Shown: positions 30,741 through 41,672 of the stretch, piece after piece
How positions within the stretch are numbered: position 1 is the first letter of the stretch
Layout of the letters: each line of letters starts with the position of its first letter
DNA from: Promethearchaeota archaeon
GTDB taxonomy: Archaea; Asgardarchaeota; Lokiarchaeia; Sigyniarchaeales; SOKP01
Assembly (NCBI GenBank): GCA_029838195.1
Contig: JALGVJ010000004.1
Location: forward strand, 1 to 64,000
DNA: 64,000 nt
Reading direction: 5' to 3'
Notes under the pieces: generated by a model
Told to the model about the DNA's origin: nothing
The model's input: only the letters and a program-made list of their open reading frames with translations
Database searches by the model: none
Made by a program: the position numbers and the translations under genes

Positions 30741-32045
30741 TCATTCTAAATAAATATACTCGGATTGAACGTCTAACATCCGATCCAAAATGTTTTTTGC
30801 CTGCCAATACGTTTCAACCACCGGATCGACCAAAAGCGCTTGCAATGCCAGTTCTTTTGATTGCCGTAATACGGCTTCTACGACTAAATCTTGAACGGAG
30901 TACTGATTTCGTAACAAGCTCGCCAAACCTTTTGGAAATTCACCTAATTTAATTCCCTTTACCCCTTCTTTAGTTACTCTTGCCGGACATTCCACGATAG
31001 CCTCTTCAGGTAGATTAGAAATAATATTTTCATTTGGAATGTTCACGGAGGCCTCTACATGGTTAGAATTTGTCAAAATGCCTTCGATAATGGGAATAGC
31101 ACGTTCATCATCCGGTTTTACCATTTTATACGATTTTCCTTTTTCCATGAGTTTTTTTAGTTTAATATAACGATTGCTGGTAATTACCCTTCCATGAGAT
31201 TGCCAAAAATGCCTAACTGCAGGGATATCTGCCTTTTCCCATGCCCAATGGATGTATTCTCCAAAATGGCTGTCCGTAGTATAGGGACAGTAATTAAAAA
31301 CCTTTAAGATGAAGGCAATGAGCTTGAATCCATCATATGATTTCAGTTCATGAAGCAATTTCGGTCCTTTTTCCCGGATAATTGGATACAAATCTTCTCC
31401 TGTATGTTTTTCTTTTACTTCCAAAAAAATTCCAAAATGATTCAATCCCCCTCCTTTAATTTCCAACTCTGATGCCGATTTTTCCACGATTTTTTCTAAT
31501 ATGGGTAAAAAATGATAATACTCATGACATAACCCCACAAACTTTAATTTGGGATATTTTTTATGAATCGCCAGGCATATTCGGCTCATGGGATTGGAAT
31601 AATTTATTAAAAATGCTTCGGGGCATGTTTTTTGAATGTCCTCACAGATTTTTAAAATGGGCGGAATGACCCGTAATGAATGAAAAAGGCCCCCTGGGCC
31701 GCCGTTCTCGCCAGAAATCTGCTTGTTTCCAAATTCTTGCGGGATTCTAAAGTCCATGTCCAATAGGGGGTATCTTGGAGTAACTTCTATGGAATTAATT
31801 ACGAAAGTGGCCCCTTCTAAGGCCGTTTTTCTGTCAAGGGTGTGCGTTAATTCAAAATCTAAATTTTTCTTCTCAATAGCGGATTTGCAGGCTTGATACG
31901 CTAAATTTAAAGCCTCTTGGTTGATATCATGGAGGCAGATTTTAAAACCGCTTAGAATCTTACTTTGTAAGATATCTCCCATCGTGCCTAAAGCAAACGA
32001 AAGAGAACCGGCTCCAATTAAGACTATCTTTTCTTGTCTTGTCAA
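30741..32045 (-). CDS. Glycoside hydrolase family 4 (NAD+-dependent alpha-galactosidase/glucosidase)
   Basis: LIGAGSLSF, GENGGPGG, NYSNPM, GLCHE, GLNHF; TTG start. Confidence 0.92.
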   Translation of the reverse strand: MTRQEKIVLIGAGSLSFALGTMGDILQSKILSGFKICLHDINQEALNLAYQACKSAIEKKNLDFELTHTLDRKTALEGATFVINSIEVTPRYPLLDMDFRIPQEFGNKQISGENGGPGGLFHSLRVIPPILKICEDIQKTCPEAFLINYSNPMSRICLAIHKKYPKLKFVGLCHEYYHFLPILEKIVEKSASELEIKGGGLNHFGIFLEVKEKHTGEDLYPIIREKGPKLLHELKSYDGFKLIAFILKVFNYCPYTTDSHFGEYIHWAWEKADIPAVRHFWQSHGRVITSNRYIKLKKLMEKGKSYKMVKPDDERAIPIIEGILTNSNHVEASVNIPNENIISNLPEEAIVECPARVTKEGVKGIKLGEFPKGLASLLRNQYSVQDLVVEAVLRQSKELALQALLVDPVVETYWQAKNILDRMLDVQSEYIYLE

Positions 32046-32241
32046 TTTTGATTCACATATTCTTGAAATTTTATTAAATGAAAATAATTTCTACTAATTA
32101 AAATTTCATGATTTTTTATTTGATTTTTTATTTTCTCCTTAACTTATAAAGAAATAACATTATAATAAGTCACCATGTAGAATTCCATCAGAATTTAAAA
32201 AAGCCTAAAAATAAAAAAATAATGAGTGGTTAATTAAAATT

Positions 32242-33708
32242 TCAAGAAGTTGAAGCTGTTTTTCCTTTAATTCTAATAAAGAATACAAAAGCCACGATAA
32301 TACAAAACGAGATAAACGGAAACATTATAATATATCGATAATCTCCCATAGAAATTAACATAGATAATATAGCTCCAAATAAGATGGGGGCAGTAGTGTA
32401 TGCTGCTTGATTAAAAGTATAATAAATCCCTGTATACATTCCTTGTTTTCCCTCGGGCGCTAATTCCCACAAGAAGGCAAAGCTATTTACGATGAAGCCC
32501 ATCCATGGAATGGAAATTAACATGAGCATGATAATGATGAGAAAGGGTTGATAATCATGATAAATATTTGGAACTACGATAAATGACATGACTAATAGCA
32601 TGACGATCATCCAGCCAAGATAAATTTTAATTGCATTTTTCCGTCCTATTCTTTTATTTTGCCCTAATAACCCTACGAAATAAGCGCTTGCGATCATGGG
32701 ACCTGAATATGCAAGAAACAAGGTGCTTGCTTGCGATTCGGCAATTTTTTTGGCTTCCGCAAGGTCTCCGGTTTGTTGAAATGCAGTTTGAAACAAGCCT
32801 AGATATTCAATTGCGAAGCTGGAGAAAAAGGACTCCACGGATGCGAATGCTAAATACATGAACACCACGGTGGCTAAAAAATAAGCAAAATCACGATGCC
32901 CTTTAATGATTTTTCCGGCATCTCTGTACGATTTTAATCTGCCTTTTGCGTTTTCGGTACTCCCCGCCATCTCTTCTTCTAATTCAAGGACTTTAAAGGT
33001 AGTTTTATCAATTTCTAATTTTTTATTTACAAATCCAATAAATTTATCGCCCGTGGGGGTTTCTTTAATATAAATTAATTGTAATGCCAAAAGTACTAAC
33101 ATCACTAAAGCGATGATGAGAAATCCCAAGGCGTCAATCCATTGAACAGTGATGTTTGGAATAAATCCAATGATGATGGGAATAATGAACCCTATTAAGC
33201 CCCCCATATTGGCGATGAATTGTTGGATCGCACTGGCCTTGGAATACATCTGTTCTGAAGTATAATCGGGTAAAATTGCAATGGAGGCAGAACGATAAAT
33301 AGACATGGCCAAATCAAATAAAAATACGATTAAAATTAATCCTGCTAACACCTGCATCCAAGGAATTAAAATAAAAAAGAAGGCAGAACTTATAGTTCCT
33401 ATAGCGATAAAAGGCATACGCCTGCCAAATCGACTGGTCGTTCGATCGCTCAAATCTCCAAAGACGGGTTGTAAAAGCATTGCTATGATATTATCCAGGG
33501 CCATAACGAATCCTTTTATCAAATCCTTATAGGGATTAGCTCCTAATACATCATTCAGTAATAAAGGTACTTTAAAATTAAAAAAGCTCCATGCTAAAAG
33601 CACCGTCATAAAAGAAAATGAGAAGAAAATGGTTCTTTTCACGTTTATCTCATCAGCTTTCGTGGGTTTCATGCGAGGTTCAAACGGCAAAAAATCTTTT
33701 GAACTCAT
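32242..33708 (-). CDS. MFS/GPH sugar transporter
   Basis: DNIIAMLLQPVFGDLSDRTTSRFGRRMPFI; 12 TMs; directly upstream of GH4. Confidence 0.88.
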   Translation of the reverse strand: MSSKDFLPFEPRMKPTKADEINVKRTIFFSFSFMTVLLAWSFFNFKVPLLLNDVLGANPYKDLIKGFVMALDNIIAMLLQPVFGDLSDRTTSRFGRRMPFIAIGTISSAFFFILIPWMQVLAGLILIVFLFDLAMSIYRSASIAILPDYTSEQMYSKASAIQQFIANMGGLIGFIIPIIIGFIPNITVQWIDALGFLIIALVMLVLLALQLIYIKETPTGDKFIGFVNKKLEIDKTTFKVLELEEEMAGSTENAKGRLKSYRDAGKIIKGHRDFAYFLATVVFMYLAFASVESFFSSFAIEYLGLFQTAFQQTGDLAEAKKIAESQASTLFLAYSGPMIASAYFVGLLGQNKRIGRKNAIKIYLGWMIVMLLVMSFIVVPNIYHDYQPFLIIIMLMLISIPWMGFIVNSFAFLWELAPEGKQGMYTGIYYTFNQAAYTTAPILFGAILSMLISMGDYRYIIMFPFISFCIIVAFVFFIRIKGKTASTS

Positions 33709-34067
33709 GGAATCATCCTTTTTTTTTATTTAAGAGTGTTTTAATTTTTATATTCATAATTCATTCAATATAAACTTAAATGATTTATATTGTTAGGAAA
33801 AAGTAAGATCTTTTTTACATTATAAAATAACTTCTTTTTCCAATTGAATTTCTAAGATAAGCCTAAATGATAAAATCTTTCCTATTTTACAAATAAATTA
33901 GAAACTTTAAAATGGAGTTGTATTTACATATCAACATTTTTAATATAATCATGTTTTTCTAAAAATATAATAAGAAAGGAGTGTGAATTTTATTCTAATA
34001 TGTATTATACATATTAAGAATAATACGCCGAATACTTGGAAAAATAAGATATTCACGAGTTTAACAC

Positions 34068-35555
34068 ATGTTTTATCAAAATAAAGTTTTGGATAAATTG
34101 AGAAGAGGCTACACGCCCACGGAATTTGGAAAACCAGCAATTACATCCATATACAATGAGGTTTTTAAACCGTTAGTGAAAAGAAGAGAATTAGAGTTCT
34201 TTATAAATTTATATGGTACAAACGAGAACGTGTTAAAAGCATGGAGCTTTTTAGGAATTTACGAAATTTTAAAAGAAAATCCCCATATCAAGGAAGATTT
34301 AAAACCGCCTCTTCAAGAAATAATAAAACAATTATTAGTGGACGAATCCTTGATCACTTATCAAGGGGGTAACACGAAAATTGAAATACCTTTAAGAGAA
34401 CATCATGTTAGCAGAATTTGTGAATTGAAAAGGGATTTAACATTCCTCCCGGTATTTGAATACGTTTCTCATTCAATAAAAAAAAAAGATGATGTTATCG
34501 GAGAATTACTCGAAAAGGTATTGTCAAAAACGGGGGATCCTCGAATTGAAGATTTAATTTTCCAATTGGCCCACAAAATAAGTGTTCATGATACAAAATT
34601 TAAATCCCATATCATTAAAGCTCTCATAAATTTACAAGAAACCACGGGAATCAATGATAAAGAACAGGTGAGACAAATCTTACTATCTTACTTGGAGAAT
34701 ATTAATGAGATTAATGAAAGCATCCTCTCTAAGTCAAATGCCTTGGACCAATCTTCAATGATTTCCCAATTAAATAAATATCGATTATTACATGAAAAGA
34801 TTTTAAAAGCTGCCGCAATTTTAGATTTAAATTTTGAACGTGAAACTCTTGAATATTTAGAAAATTTGAAATATCCCTTTCCCTCCTTGTCAGAAATTGC
34901 TGAAAAATATAAAAATAATGAAAAATTCAGAGAAATCCTTTTGAAAAAATTGGAAAGTACTTCTAACCCTAATTTGATCAAGGATCTTCTCCTCTCCATC
35001 CTCGCCTTGAAAAATATCATTCCTAATTGGAAAGAACTCGTCATGAAAAATTTAGAAAATTATCAACTTAATGATGGCGAGCTAATCGTTAAATTAGAAG
35101 AAGAGAATCTCTATGATGAAGACATGGTAACCGCCTTTCTAAAAGAGGGGGAAGAATGGCAGCTGGAATTTATAAGAGAATTTCTCCTTTATTTTCCGGA
35201 AAAATTAGATGAATGGAAAAAATTCAGAGACCAATTTGTTTTAATTTTAAAATCCCTTCCTTCTCTTGAGCAAGATTTAAAAGAGAAAGAAGAGCTCTTA
35301 AAAAAAAAAGAAATCATTTTTAAAATCTTAATTGAATTAGGTCCTAAGGACATGATCGAACCTTGCTTGGAAAATTTTAAAAATTTAAAAGATGAGCATC
35401 TAAGGAAAATGTGTCTGTTTATCATGACGAAATACGGGGAACAACCTTTACTTTTAGACTTAAAAACCTTCTTAAAAACTGATAACGATGCAAACGTGAT
35501 ATTTAAAAAATTTTGGAAAGAATTAGAACGAAGGGATGGGCAATTTTATTATTAG
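34068..35555 (+). CDS. Hypothetical alpha-helical (HEAT/ARM-like) protein
   Basis: 495-aa ORF, Leu/Lys/Glu-rich helical pattern, no catalytic motif recognised. Confidence 0.65.
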   Translation: MFYQNKVLDKLRRGYTPTEFGKPAITSIYNEVFKPLVKRRELEFFINLYGTNENVLKAWSFLGIYEILKENPHIKEDLKPPLQEIIKQLLVDESLITYQGGNTKIEIPLREHHVSRICELKRDLTFLPVFEYVSHSIKKKDDVIGELLEKVLSKTGDPRIEDLIFQLAHKISVHDTKFKSHIIKALINLQETTGINDKEQVRQILLSYLENINEINESILSKSNALDQSSMISQLNKYRLLHEKILKAAAILDLNFERETLEYLENLKYPFPSLSEIAEKYKNNEKFREILLKKLESTSNPNLIKDLLLSILALKNIIPNWKELVMKNLENYQLNDGELIVKLEEENLYDEDMVTAFLKEGEEWQLEFIREFLLYFPEKLDEWKKFRDQFVLILKSLPSLEQDLKEKEELLKKKEIIFKILIELGPKDMIEPCLENFKNLKDEHLRKMCLFIMTKYGEQPLLLDLKTFLKTDNDANVIFKKFWKELERRDGQFYY

Positions 35556-35769
35556 AACTTCCTCATAAATATAAGGCTCCATTTAAAAATCGTCAAGAAG
35601 AACATGGTTTTTAAGCAAATAAATGAATGATCTCTAAACTTGCTCCTCCATGATAAAAAATATATGTCATCCTAAAGGTTTCTTGAAGCTAAAGTTACCT
35701 CTAATCGAAAACAAGTTGGATTTTTTCTAAAAATGAAAAAAAATATAAAATCGTTAAAAAATTTAAAAA

Positions 35770-37749
35770 TTAATCAAATTTAATATCCATTTTCTTTCTT
35801 TCCTCCAATAGAACATTTACTATGGAAGGATCTGCCAATGTTGTCGTGTTGCCAATATCGGTCCCTGAAGCAATTGCCTTGAGAATTCGCCTCATGATCT
35901 TACCGCTGCGCGTTTTTGGCAAATCATCAGCAAATTGAATCACATCAGGTTGAAATACCGGCCCGATCTCCTTGCGCACGTGTTGGATGATATCTTTTTT
36001 TAGCTCTTCTGATTTCTCTACCCCTTGAATTAATGTAACGAATGCCCAAATGGCATTTCCCTTTATTTTATGAGGAAAGGGCGCAACCGCAGCTTCCGCA
36101 ACTTTTGGATGCGAAACAATAGCAGATTCCACCTCCATTGTCCCAATTCGATGCCCCGATACTTTTATGACATCATCTAATCGCCCTAAAATCCAATAAT
36201 AGCCATCAGCATCTCTTCGCGCACCATCTCCCGTGTAATATGTACCCGGATAACGGCTTAAATACGTGGAAATAAATCGCTCCGTATCTCCCCATACATC
36301 TCTTAACATGCCAGGCCATGGTTTTTGGATACAGAGATATCCTCCTTCATTGGGTTCTGTAACTTCTTCACCTTCCATATCATAAATTACCGGTTTAATA
36401 CCAAAGAATGGAAAGCAACATGATCCTGGTTTTGTAGGGGTCGCAGTTGCTATTGGTGTCATGATAAACCCTCCGGTTTCGGTCTGCCAATACGTATCAA
36501 TAATGGGGCAACGCTCTTTACCAATTACCCTAAAATACCATGTCCACGCTTCAGGATTAATGGGTTCTCCCACAGTGCCTAAGACTTTTAAGCTACTTAG
36601 GTCATGCTTTTTTGCCGGTTCGTCTCCGTATCTCATTAATGCTCTAATGGCGGTCGGTGCGGTGTAGAAATGCGTGACTTTATGTCTTTCGACTATATCC
36701 CAGAACCTGTCTACATCAGGATAAGATGGGACGCCTTCGAACATCAAAGAGGTGGCTCCATTTGCCAATGGGCCATAAACAATATATGAATGTCCCGTTA
36801 TCCACCCAATATCAGCAGTACAAAACCAAACATCTCCTTCATGGTAATTAAAAACCACTCTATGAGTATAAGAGGTATATAATAGATATCCCGCAGTCGT
36901 GTGTTTAACTCCCTTGGGCTTGCCCGTCGTTCCCGAGGTATATAAAATAAATAACGTATCTTCGGAATCCATTTCTTCGCATTCGCATTCATCGCTCACA
37001 TCCTTGATGAGGTCATCATACCAAATATCTTTAGAAGTATGAGGAATCTCTCTTCCCGAGCGTTTTACAATTATCACGTGCTCAATTGTGGGTACATCTT
37101 CAATGATCTTTACTACATCAGCCATTTTGGGATAAAATTTACCCGCTCTTACAGTTTCATCGCTCGTAAATAATAAACGGGAGTCGGAATCATAAATTCT
37201 ATCTTTTACAGCCTCTTTAGAAAAGCCCCCAAAAACGATGGAATGGATGACACCAATTCTTGCACACGCTAGCATGATTATGGCAAGTTCGGCGATCATG
37301 GGAAGCCAGATCGTCACGCGATCTCCCTTTTTTAAACCTAATTTTTTCATTCCGTTTGCTACTTTTGATACTTCTCTTTTCAGGTCATTATACGTGAATG
37401 TTCGGACTTGTCCGGGCTCATCAGCCTCCCAAATTAATGCAATTTTATCTCCTTTTCCAGCTTCAACGTGTCTATCGATGCAATTATAGCAGACATTCAA
37501 TTTTCCTCCCATGAACCATTTTCCCGGGAAGAGATCGGTTTTTTCCCAGACTTTTTCAAAAGGCTTGAACCAACTCAAAGATTTTGCTTGTTCTCCCCAA
37601 AACCCTTCCATGTCTTCAATGCTTTTTTCATACAATTTTTTGTATTCATCCGGGGTGATTCCCGTTTTTGCAAATTCGGGGTTTATTTTAACGGGGTCAA
37701 ATATGCGGTCTTCAGTTAAGATACTTTCCATTTTTTCTTCTTTTGACAT
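35770..37749 (-). CDS. acs: AMP-forming acetyl-CoA synthetase
   Basis: YTSGTTGKPKG, CTADIGWITGHSY, VGEPINPEAW, DTYWQTETG, LPKTRSGKIMRR. Confidence 0.97.
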   Translation of the reverse strand: MSKEEKMESILTEDRIFDPVKINPEFAKTGITPDEYKKLYEKSIEDMEGFWGEQAKSLSWFKPFEKVWEKTDLFPGKWFMGGKLNVCYNCIDRHVEAGKGDKIALIWEADEPGQVRTFTYNDLKREVSKVANGMKKLGLKKGDRVTIWLPMIAELAIIMLACARIGVIHSIVFGGFSKEAVKDRIYDSDSRLLFTSDETVRAGKFYPKMADVVKIIEDVPTIEHVIIVKRSGREIPHTSKDIWYDDLIKDVSDECECEEMDSEDTLFILYTSGTTGKPKGVKHTTAGYLLYTSYTHRVVFNYHEGDVWFCTADIGWITGHSYIVYGPLANGATSLMFEGVPSYPDVDRFWDIVERHKVTHFYTAPTAIRALMRYGDEPAKKHDLSSLKVLGTVGEPINPEAWTWYFRVIGKERCPIIDTYWQTETGGFIMTPIATATPTKPGSCCFPFFGIKPVIYDMEGEEVTEPNEGGYLCIQKPWPGMLRDVWGDTERFISTYLSRYPGTYYTGDGARRDADGYYWILGRLDDVIKVSGHRIGTMEVESAIVSHPKVAEAAVAPFPHKIKGNAIWAFVTLIQGVEKSEELKKDIIQHVRKEIGPVFQPDVIQFADDLPKTRSGKIMRRILKAIASGTDIGNTTTLADPSIVNVLLEERKKMDIKFD

Positions 37750-38042
37750 GCATTCTCACGATTTTTTTTTTTTTTTCTTTTGTATAAGATGTGCTTATCA
37801 TATTGTATATAAATGGTTAAGTGGTACAAACACCTTAAAATTTCTTTTCTAATCAAAGGTCTTGCTTTTTCATGAGCAATTCCTCTCTTAAAAAGATTAA
37901 GAACAAATGATTTTTAAAGATTATATTTTTAAATTATTATTTCTTCAAATTTTCCATTTATACCCTCAAAATTTTAACGTATAAATATTCTAAAGGTATA
38001 AATTTTATTAGTACAAAAAATTATTCTTTTAGTGGGTTTGAG

Positions 38043-39959
38043 ATGGAACACGTGGATTTATTGGATATGGAATGGAGAAAAAAATGGAAGGATAAAGAAT
38101 TAACACCAGAAGAAGCCATACATAAAATAGCCCCGGGAAATCGAGTATTCATCCATACAGGCTGCTCAGAGCCTCAAGCATTGACAAATGAACTGATAAA
38201 ACAAGCAGAAGCCCTTTATGATATTGAAATCATTCATTTCTTAACGATTTGGCCAAAAAAATATTTTAAAGAAAATAGTTCCGAGGACCTATTTCGGCAC
38301 AATGCTCTTTTTATTGGAGACACGCTTCGAGAAGCAATTAATAAAGGAATGGCGGATTACACCCCCATTCATGCCAGCCAAATCGCAAATCTCTTCATTT
38401 CGGGAAGACGTTATATAGATGTTGCCCTCCTTCAAGTATCTCCCCCTGATCGATATGGTTTTTGTTCTTTTGGAATAAACGTCGATATTTCCAAGCCCAT
38501 TGCCCAATCCGCATACATGACTATTGCTGAAATTAATCCTCAAGTGCCACGCACGTTAGGAAATAGTTTTATCCACATGAAGGAAGTAGATTATTATGTC
38601 TATAATGATGCACCGTTATTTGAATATGTTTTTAAAGATGAGGAGCCTCCTGACGTAATAGAAAAAATAGGACGAAATGTGGCTTATTTAGTGCCTAATA
38701 AATCCACCATCCACGTGGGATTCGGAAACCTTCCTAATGCTTGTTTAAAATATTTAGAAGGTAAAAAAGATCTTGGCATGCACAGTCATTTCATTACGGA
38801 TAATATCATTCCTTTAATTGAAAAAACCGTATTAACATGTAGGAAAAAAAATTTTCACCCCGAAAAAATTATTGCGAGTTTTTGCTTGGGTAGTAAAAAA
38901 TTATATGATTTTGTCAATAACAATCCTTATATCGAATTCTATCCCTCTGATTATGTTTGCAATCCTAAATATATAAGCATGAATAAAAACATGGTTTCTA
39001 TAGTTCAAGGGCTTCAAGTAGATTTAACGGGACAAGTAAATGCGTCCAGCAAGGGATATAATTTTTATTCCGGTATAGGGGATACGGTTGATTTCATAAG
39101 AGGAGCTGCCTATTCTAAAGGAGGAAGACCTATTATCATCCTTCCATCTACTACGAATAAGGGAAAGGAGTCATCCATCGTGTCTCATTTAGATGAGGGC
39201 GCTGGCGTGGTTCTGACTCGTGCCGACGTGCATTATGTTGTCACGGAATGGGGAATAGCGTATCTCCACGGTAGAACGATACGTGATCGCGTGATTGAAT
39301 TGATTTGTATTGCCCATCCTAAATTCCGGCAGCAATTATTAGAAGAAGCGAAAGAACTAAATTATATTTATAAAGATCAAATGCTTTCTTGCGATGTGAA
39401 AGGAAATATTTGTTTGTACCCAAAACATTATGAAACTGTTTTTAAAACTAAAAATAATGTAGAAGTTTTCATTAGACCCGTGAAAACTACCGATGAGTCC
39501 TTATTACGGGAATTATATTATTCTCTGGATGAAAAAGACAGGTACTTGCGATTTTTTGAAGTTAAAAAGGAATTTCGACATTCAAGAACGCAAAAAGAAG
39601 TAAATATCGATTATGAGAACATCTTCTCTTTAGGAGCCTTTGTTGGAGATATTTCTGATCCGGAAATGATTGGAAATGCTTCTTATCACTATAATCCCAA
39701 TAATAACATGGCGGAATTTGATTTTATAGTGAAGCGGGAATGGCGAGGCATGGGGATAGGCTCTTATCTCTATCATTATTTGATCATGATTGCGAAGGAA
39801 AAAGGAATTCGTGGATTCTATGGAAATATTCACATCCAAAATAAAAGAACGGTAAATATCATCAAAAAGGGAGGCTATACAAAAATTACACCTCCGGAAT
39901 TTGGGGAAAAAGAGCTATTTTATCAAGTGTTTTTCACTAAGGAAAATTCCATGGATTAA
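38043..39959 (+). CDS. Acetyl-CoA hydrolase/CoA-transferase-like domain fused to a GNAT acetyltransferase
   Basis: ADYTP, QVSPPD..G.CSFG, QVDLTGQV, DFIRGA..SKGG, HYVVTEWGIA; C-term IRPVK..D, RYLRFF, AEF, WRGMGIG. Confidence 0.9.
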   Translation: MEHVDLLDMEWRKKWKDKELTPEEAIHKIAPGNRVFIHTGCSEPQALTNELIKQAEALYDIEIIHFLTIWPKKYFKENSSEDLFRHNALFIGDTLREAINKGMADYTPIHASQIANLFISGRRYIDVALLQVSPPDRYGFCSFGINVDISKPIAQSAYMTIAEINPQVPRTLGNSFIHMKEVDYYVYNDAPLFEYVFKDEEPPDVIEKIGRNVAYLVPNKSTIHVGFGNLPNACLKYLEGKKDLGMHSHFITDNIIPLIEKTVLTCRKKNFHPEKIIASFCLGSKKLYDFVNNNPYIEFYPSDYVCNPKYISMNKNMVSIVQGLQVDLTGQVNASSKGYNFYSGIGDTVDFIRGAAYSKGGRPIIILPSTTNKGKESSIVSHLDEGAGVVLTRADVHYVVTEWGIAYLHGRTIRDRVIELICIAHPKFRQQLLEEAKELNYIYKDQMLSCDVKGNICLYPKHYETVFKTKNNVEVFIRPVKTTDESLLRELYYSLDEKDRYLRFFEVKKEFRHSRTQKEVNIDYENIFSLGAFVGDISDPEMIGNASYHYNPNNNMAEFDFIVKREWRGMGIGSYLYHYLIMIAKEKGIRGFYGNIHIQNKRTVNIIKKGGYTKITPPEFGEKELFYQVFFTKENSMD

Positions 39960-40072
39960 CCCTATTTTCGAGGAGGTTTACTTATTTTAAAAAAATTAAG
40001 GTTTTATATTTTCTAACCTTTCTTTTTTTAAGGAATTTTAACGTTTACCGCACGCCAATTTTATCTTTTACC

Positions 40073-40864
40073 ATGAAATTTAAACATACGGATTTTCACG
40101 TGCATACCAAATGGAGTCATGATATTGCTAAGAACGGGCCTGATTTCAATGATTATGCAAAATTAGCTGAAGAATTGAATTTAAACGTCTGTTTTTTAGA
40201 CCACTACGAATTATATCATGTGAAGCATGATAAAACTTATCCCTTTTACGGCGGAGAAGAAATATTAAATAAGTACCTAAAAGAAGTAAGCCAGGTCAAA
40301 GAAAATCATAATAATGTGCTAAGTGGCCTTGAGGTAGATTATTATGTAGACATGGAGGAAGAAATCGGAGAGTTTTTAGATCTTCATGAAAAAGATTTTG
40401 ATTTTATCGCAGGAGCGTTCCATGAAACGGATCATTGGTTTCCTTTCACGACACGCTCCAAACTAAAGGAACTCTTGAAAAAAAAGAAGCAAGAAGATAT
40501 CATTAATGAGTTTTTAGAGATAACTCGGAAAATGATTGATTCAAATTTATTTAAAAATATCTGTCACGTGGATGGCGTTTTTAGGTATCTTAATGATAAT
40601 GATATAAAATTAGATCGCTCCATTGAAATGAATGATGAGTTTTTCATCGCCATCGGAAAAAAATGCGCTAAAAAGGGTATAAAATTAGAATTTAATCTCT
40701 CGGGAGTTCGATATCCCATACAGAGGCCTTTTCCCTCACGAGACTTGGCATTAAAACTTAAACAAGAGGGGGTTCGATTTTTTATTGGTTCTGATTCACA
40801 TTCCCTTGAACATTTCATGTATCACGCGGCGCAAATTAAAGAAATGACCGATGTTTTAAAATAA
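40073..40864 (+). CDS. PHP-family phosphoesterase (histidinol-phosphatase-like)
   Basis: DFHVHT, LDH, GLEVDY, CHVD, GSDSH. Confidence 0.85.
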   Translation: MKFKHTDFHVHTKWSHDIAKNGPDFNDYAKLAEELNLNVCFLDHYELYHVKHDKTYPFYGGEEILNKYLKEVSQVKENHNNVLSGLEVDYYVDMEEEIGEFLDLHEKDFDFIAGAFHETDHWFPFTTRSKLKELLKKKKQEDIINEFLEITRKMIDSNLFKNICHVDGVFRYLNDNDIKLDRSIEMNDEFFIAIGKKCAKKGIKLEFNLSGVRYPIQRPFPSRDLALKLKQEGVRFFIGSDSHSLEHFMYHAAQIKEMTDVLK

Positions 40865-40904
40865 AATGTAATGAATCTCAAATCTCGAAGCATTACCCAT
40901 ACCC

Positions 40905-41606
40905 ATGAAAAATATTAAAAGAATAATCGATTGGGATAAGAAAATGATGGTTAAATTTAACGGAAAAGGAGGTACGCTTGGAATCTACATGTTCAAGTTC
41001 TTTTCCTTTTTCGGGAGAGAAACAATATGGTTTCTAACCATCGCATTTTTCATTTTTGTGTGGTATGACCCTCGTATCTTCTTGCATGTTGGCTCTTCTT
41101 TTTTAAATGGGTTATTTTTAGTACTCCCTATCAAGCGCTACGTTAATAGAGCCCGTCCTTTCGAAGAAAATCCGGCCATCAAGATACTTGAAATCCGCCC
41201 TACTTCTAGAAGCTTCCCCTCGTGGCATGCGTATAACGTATTCTCGCAAGGATTAACGCTGGGGTATTTAATAAATTCTCCACTTTTAGCAAGTTTGTTC
41301 TTATTGGGTGCTTTCATAGTGTCTTTTTCTCGAATAGTTTTAGGTGCTCATTATCCTTCAGATGTCATTACCGGAGCCCTATTAGGGTTTATTGGATTCT
41401 TCTTGACAATATATTTTTTCGCTCCCTTGTTTTCACGATTAATTAATGTAGTAGAATCAATGTTTCCTCATGAAATACAAAAACAGCAATTAAACTCCCG
41501 GATATTTAATAATCCGTTCTATTCATTCTCGTGCATCCTTATATTCTCTGTCATTATCTTATCATATTTTAACAAGAAAATCATGAACAAGCTATTTAAA
41601 AGATAA
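40905..41606 (+). CDS. PAP2-family lipid phosphatase
   Basis: K....RARP, SFPSWH, SRIVLGAHYPSDV. Confidence 0.9.
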   Translation: MKNIKRIIDWDKKMMVKFNGKGGTLGIYMFKFFSFFGRETIWFLTIAFFIFVWYDPRIFLHVGSSFLNGLFLVLPIKRYVNRARPFEENPAIKILEIRPTSRSFPSWHAYNVFSQGLTLGYLINSPLLASLFLLGAFIVSFSRIVLGAHYPSDVITGALLGFIGFFLTIYFFAPLFSRLINVVESMFPHEIQKQQLNSRIFNNPFYSFSCILIFSVIILSYFNKKIMNKLFKR

Positions 41607-41672
41607 TAAAGATTGTCGATCTCTAACGATTTTACCTCAGGAAAAATGAAAGTTAATAAATTGAGACCTCAA

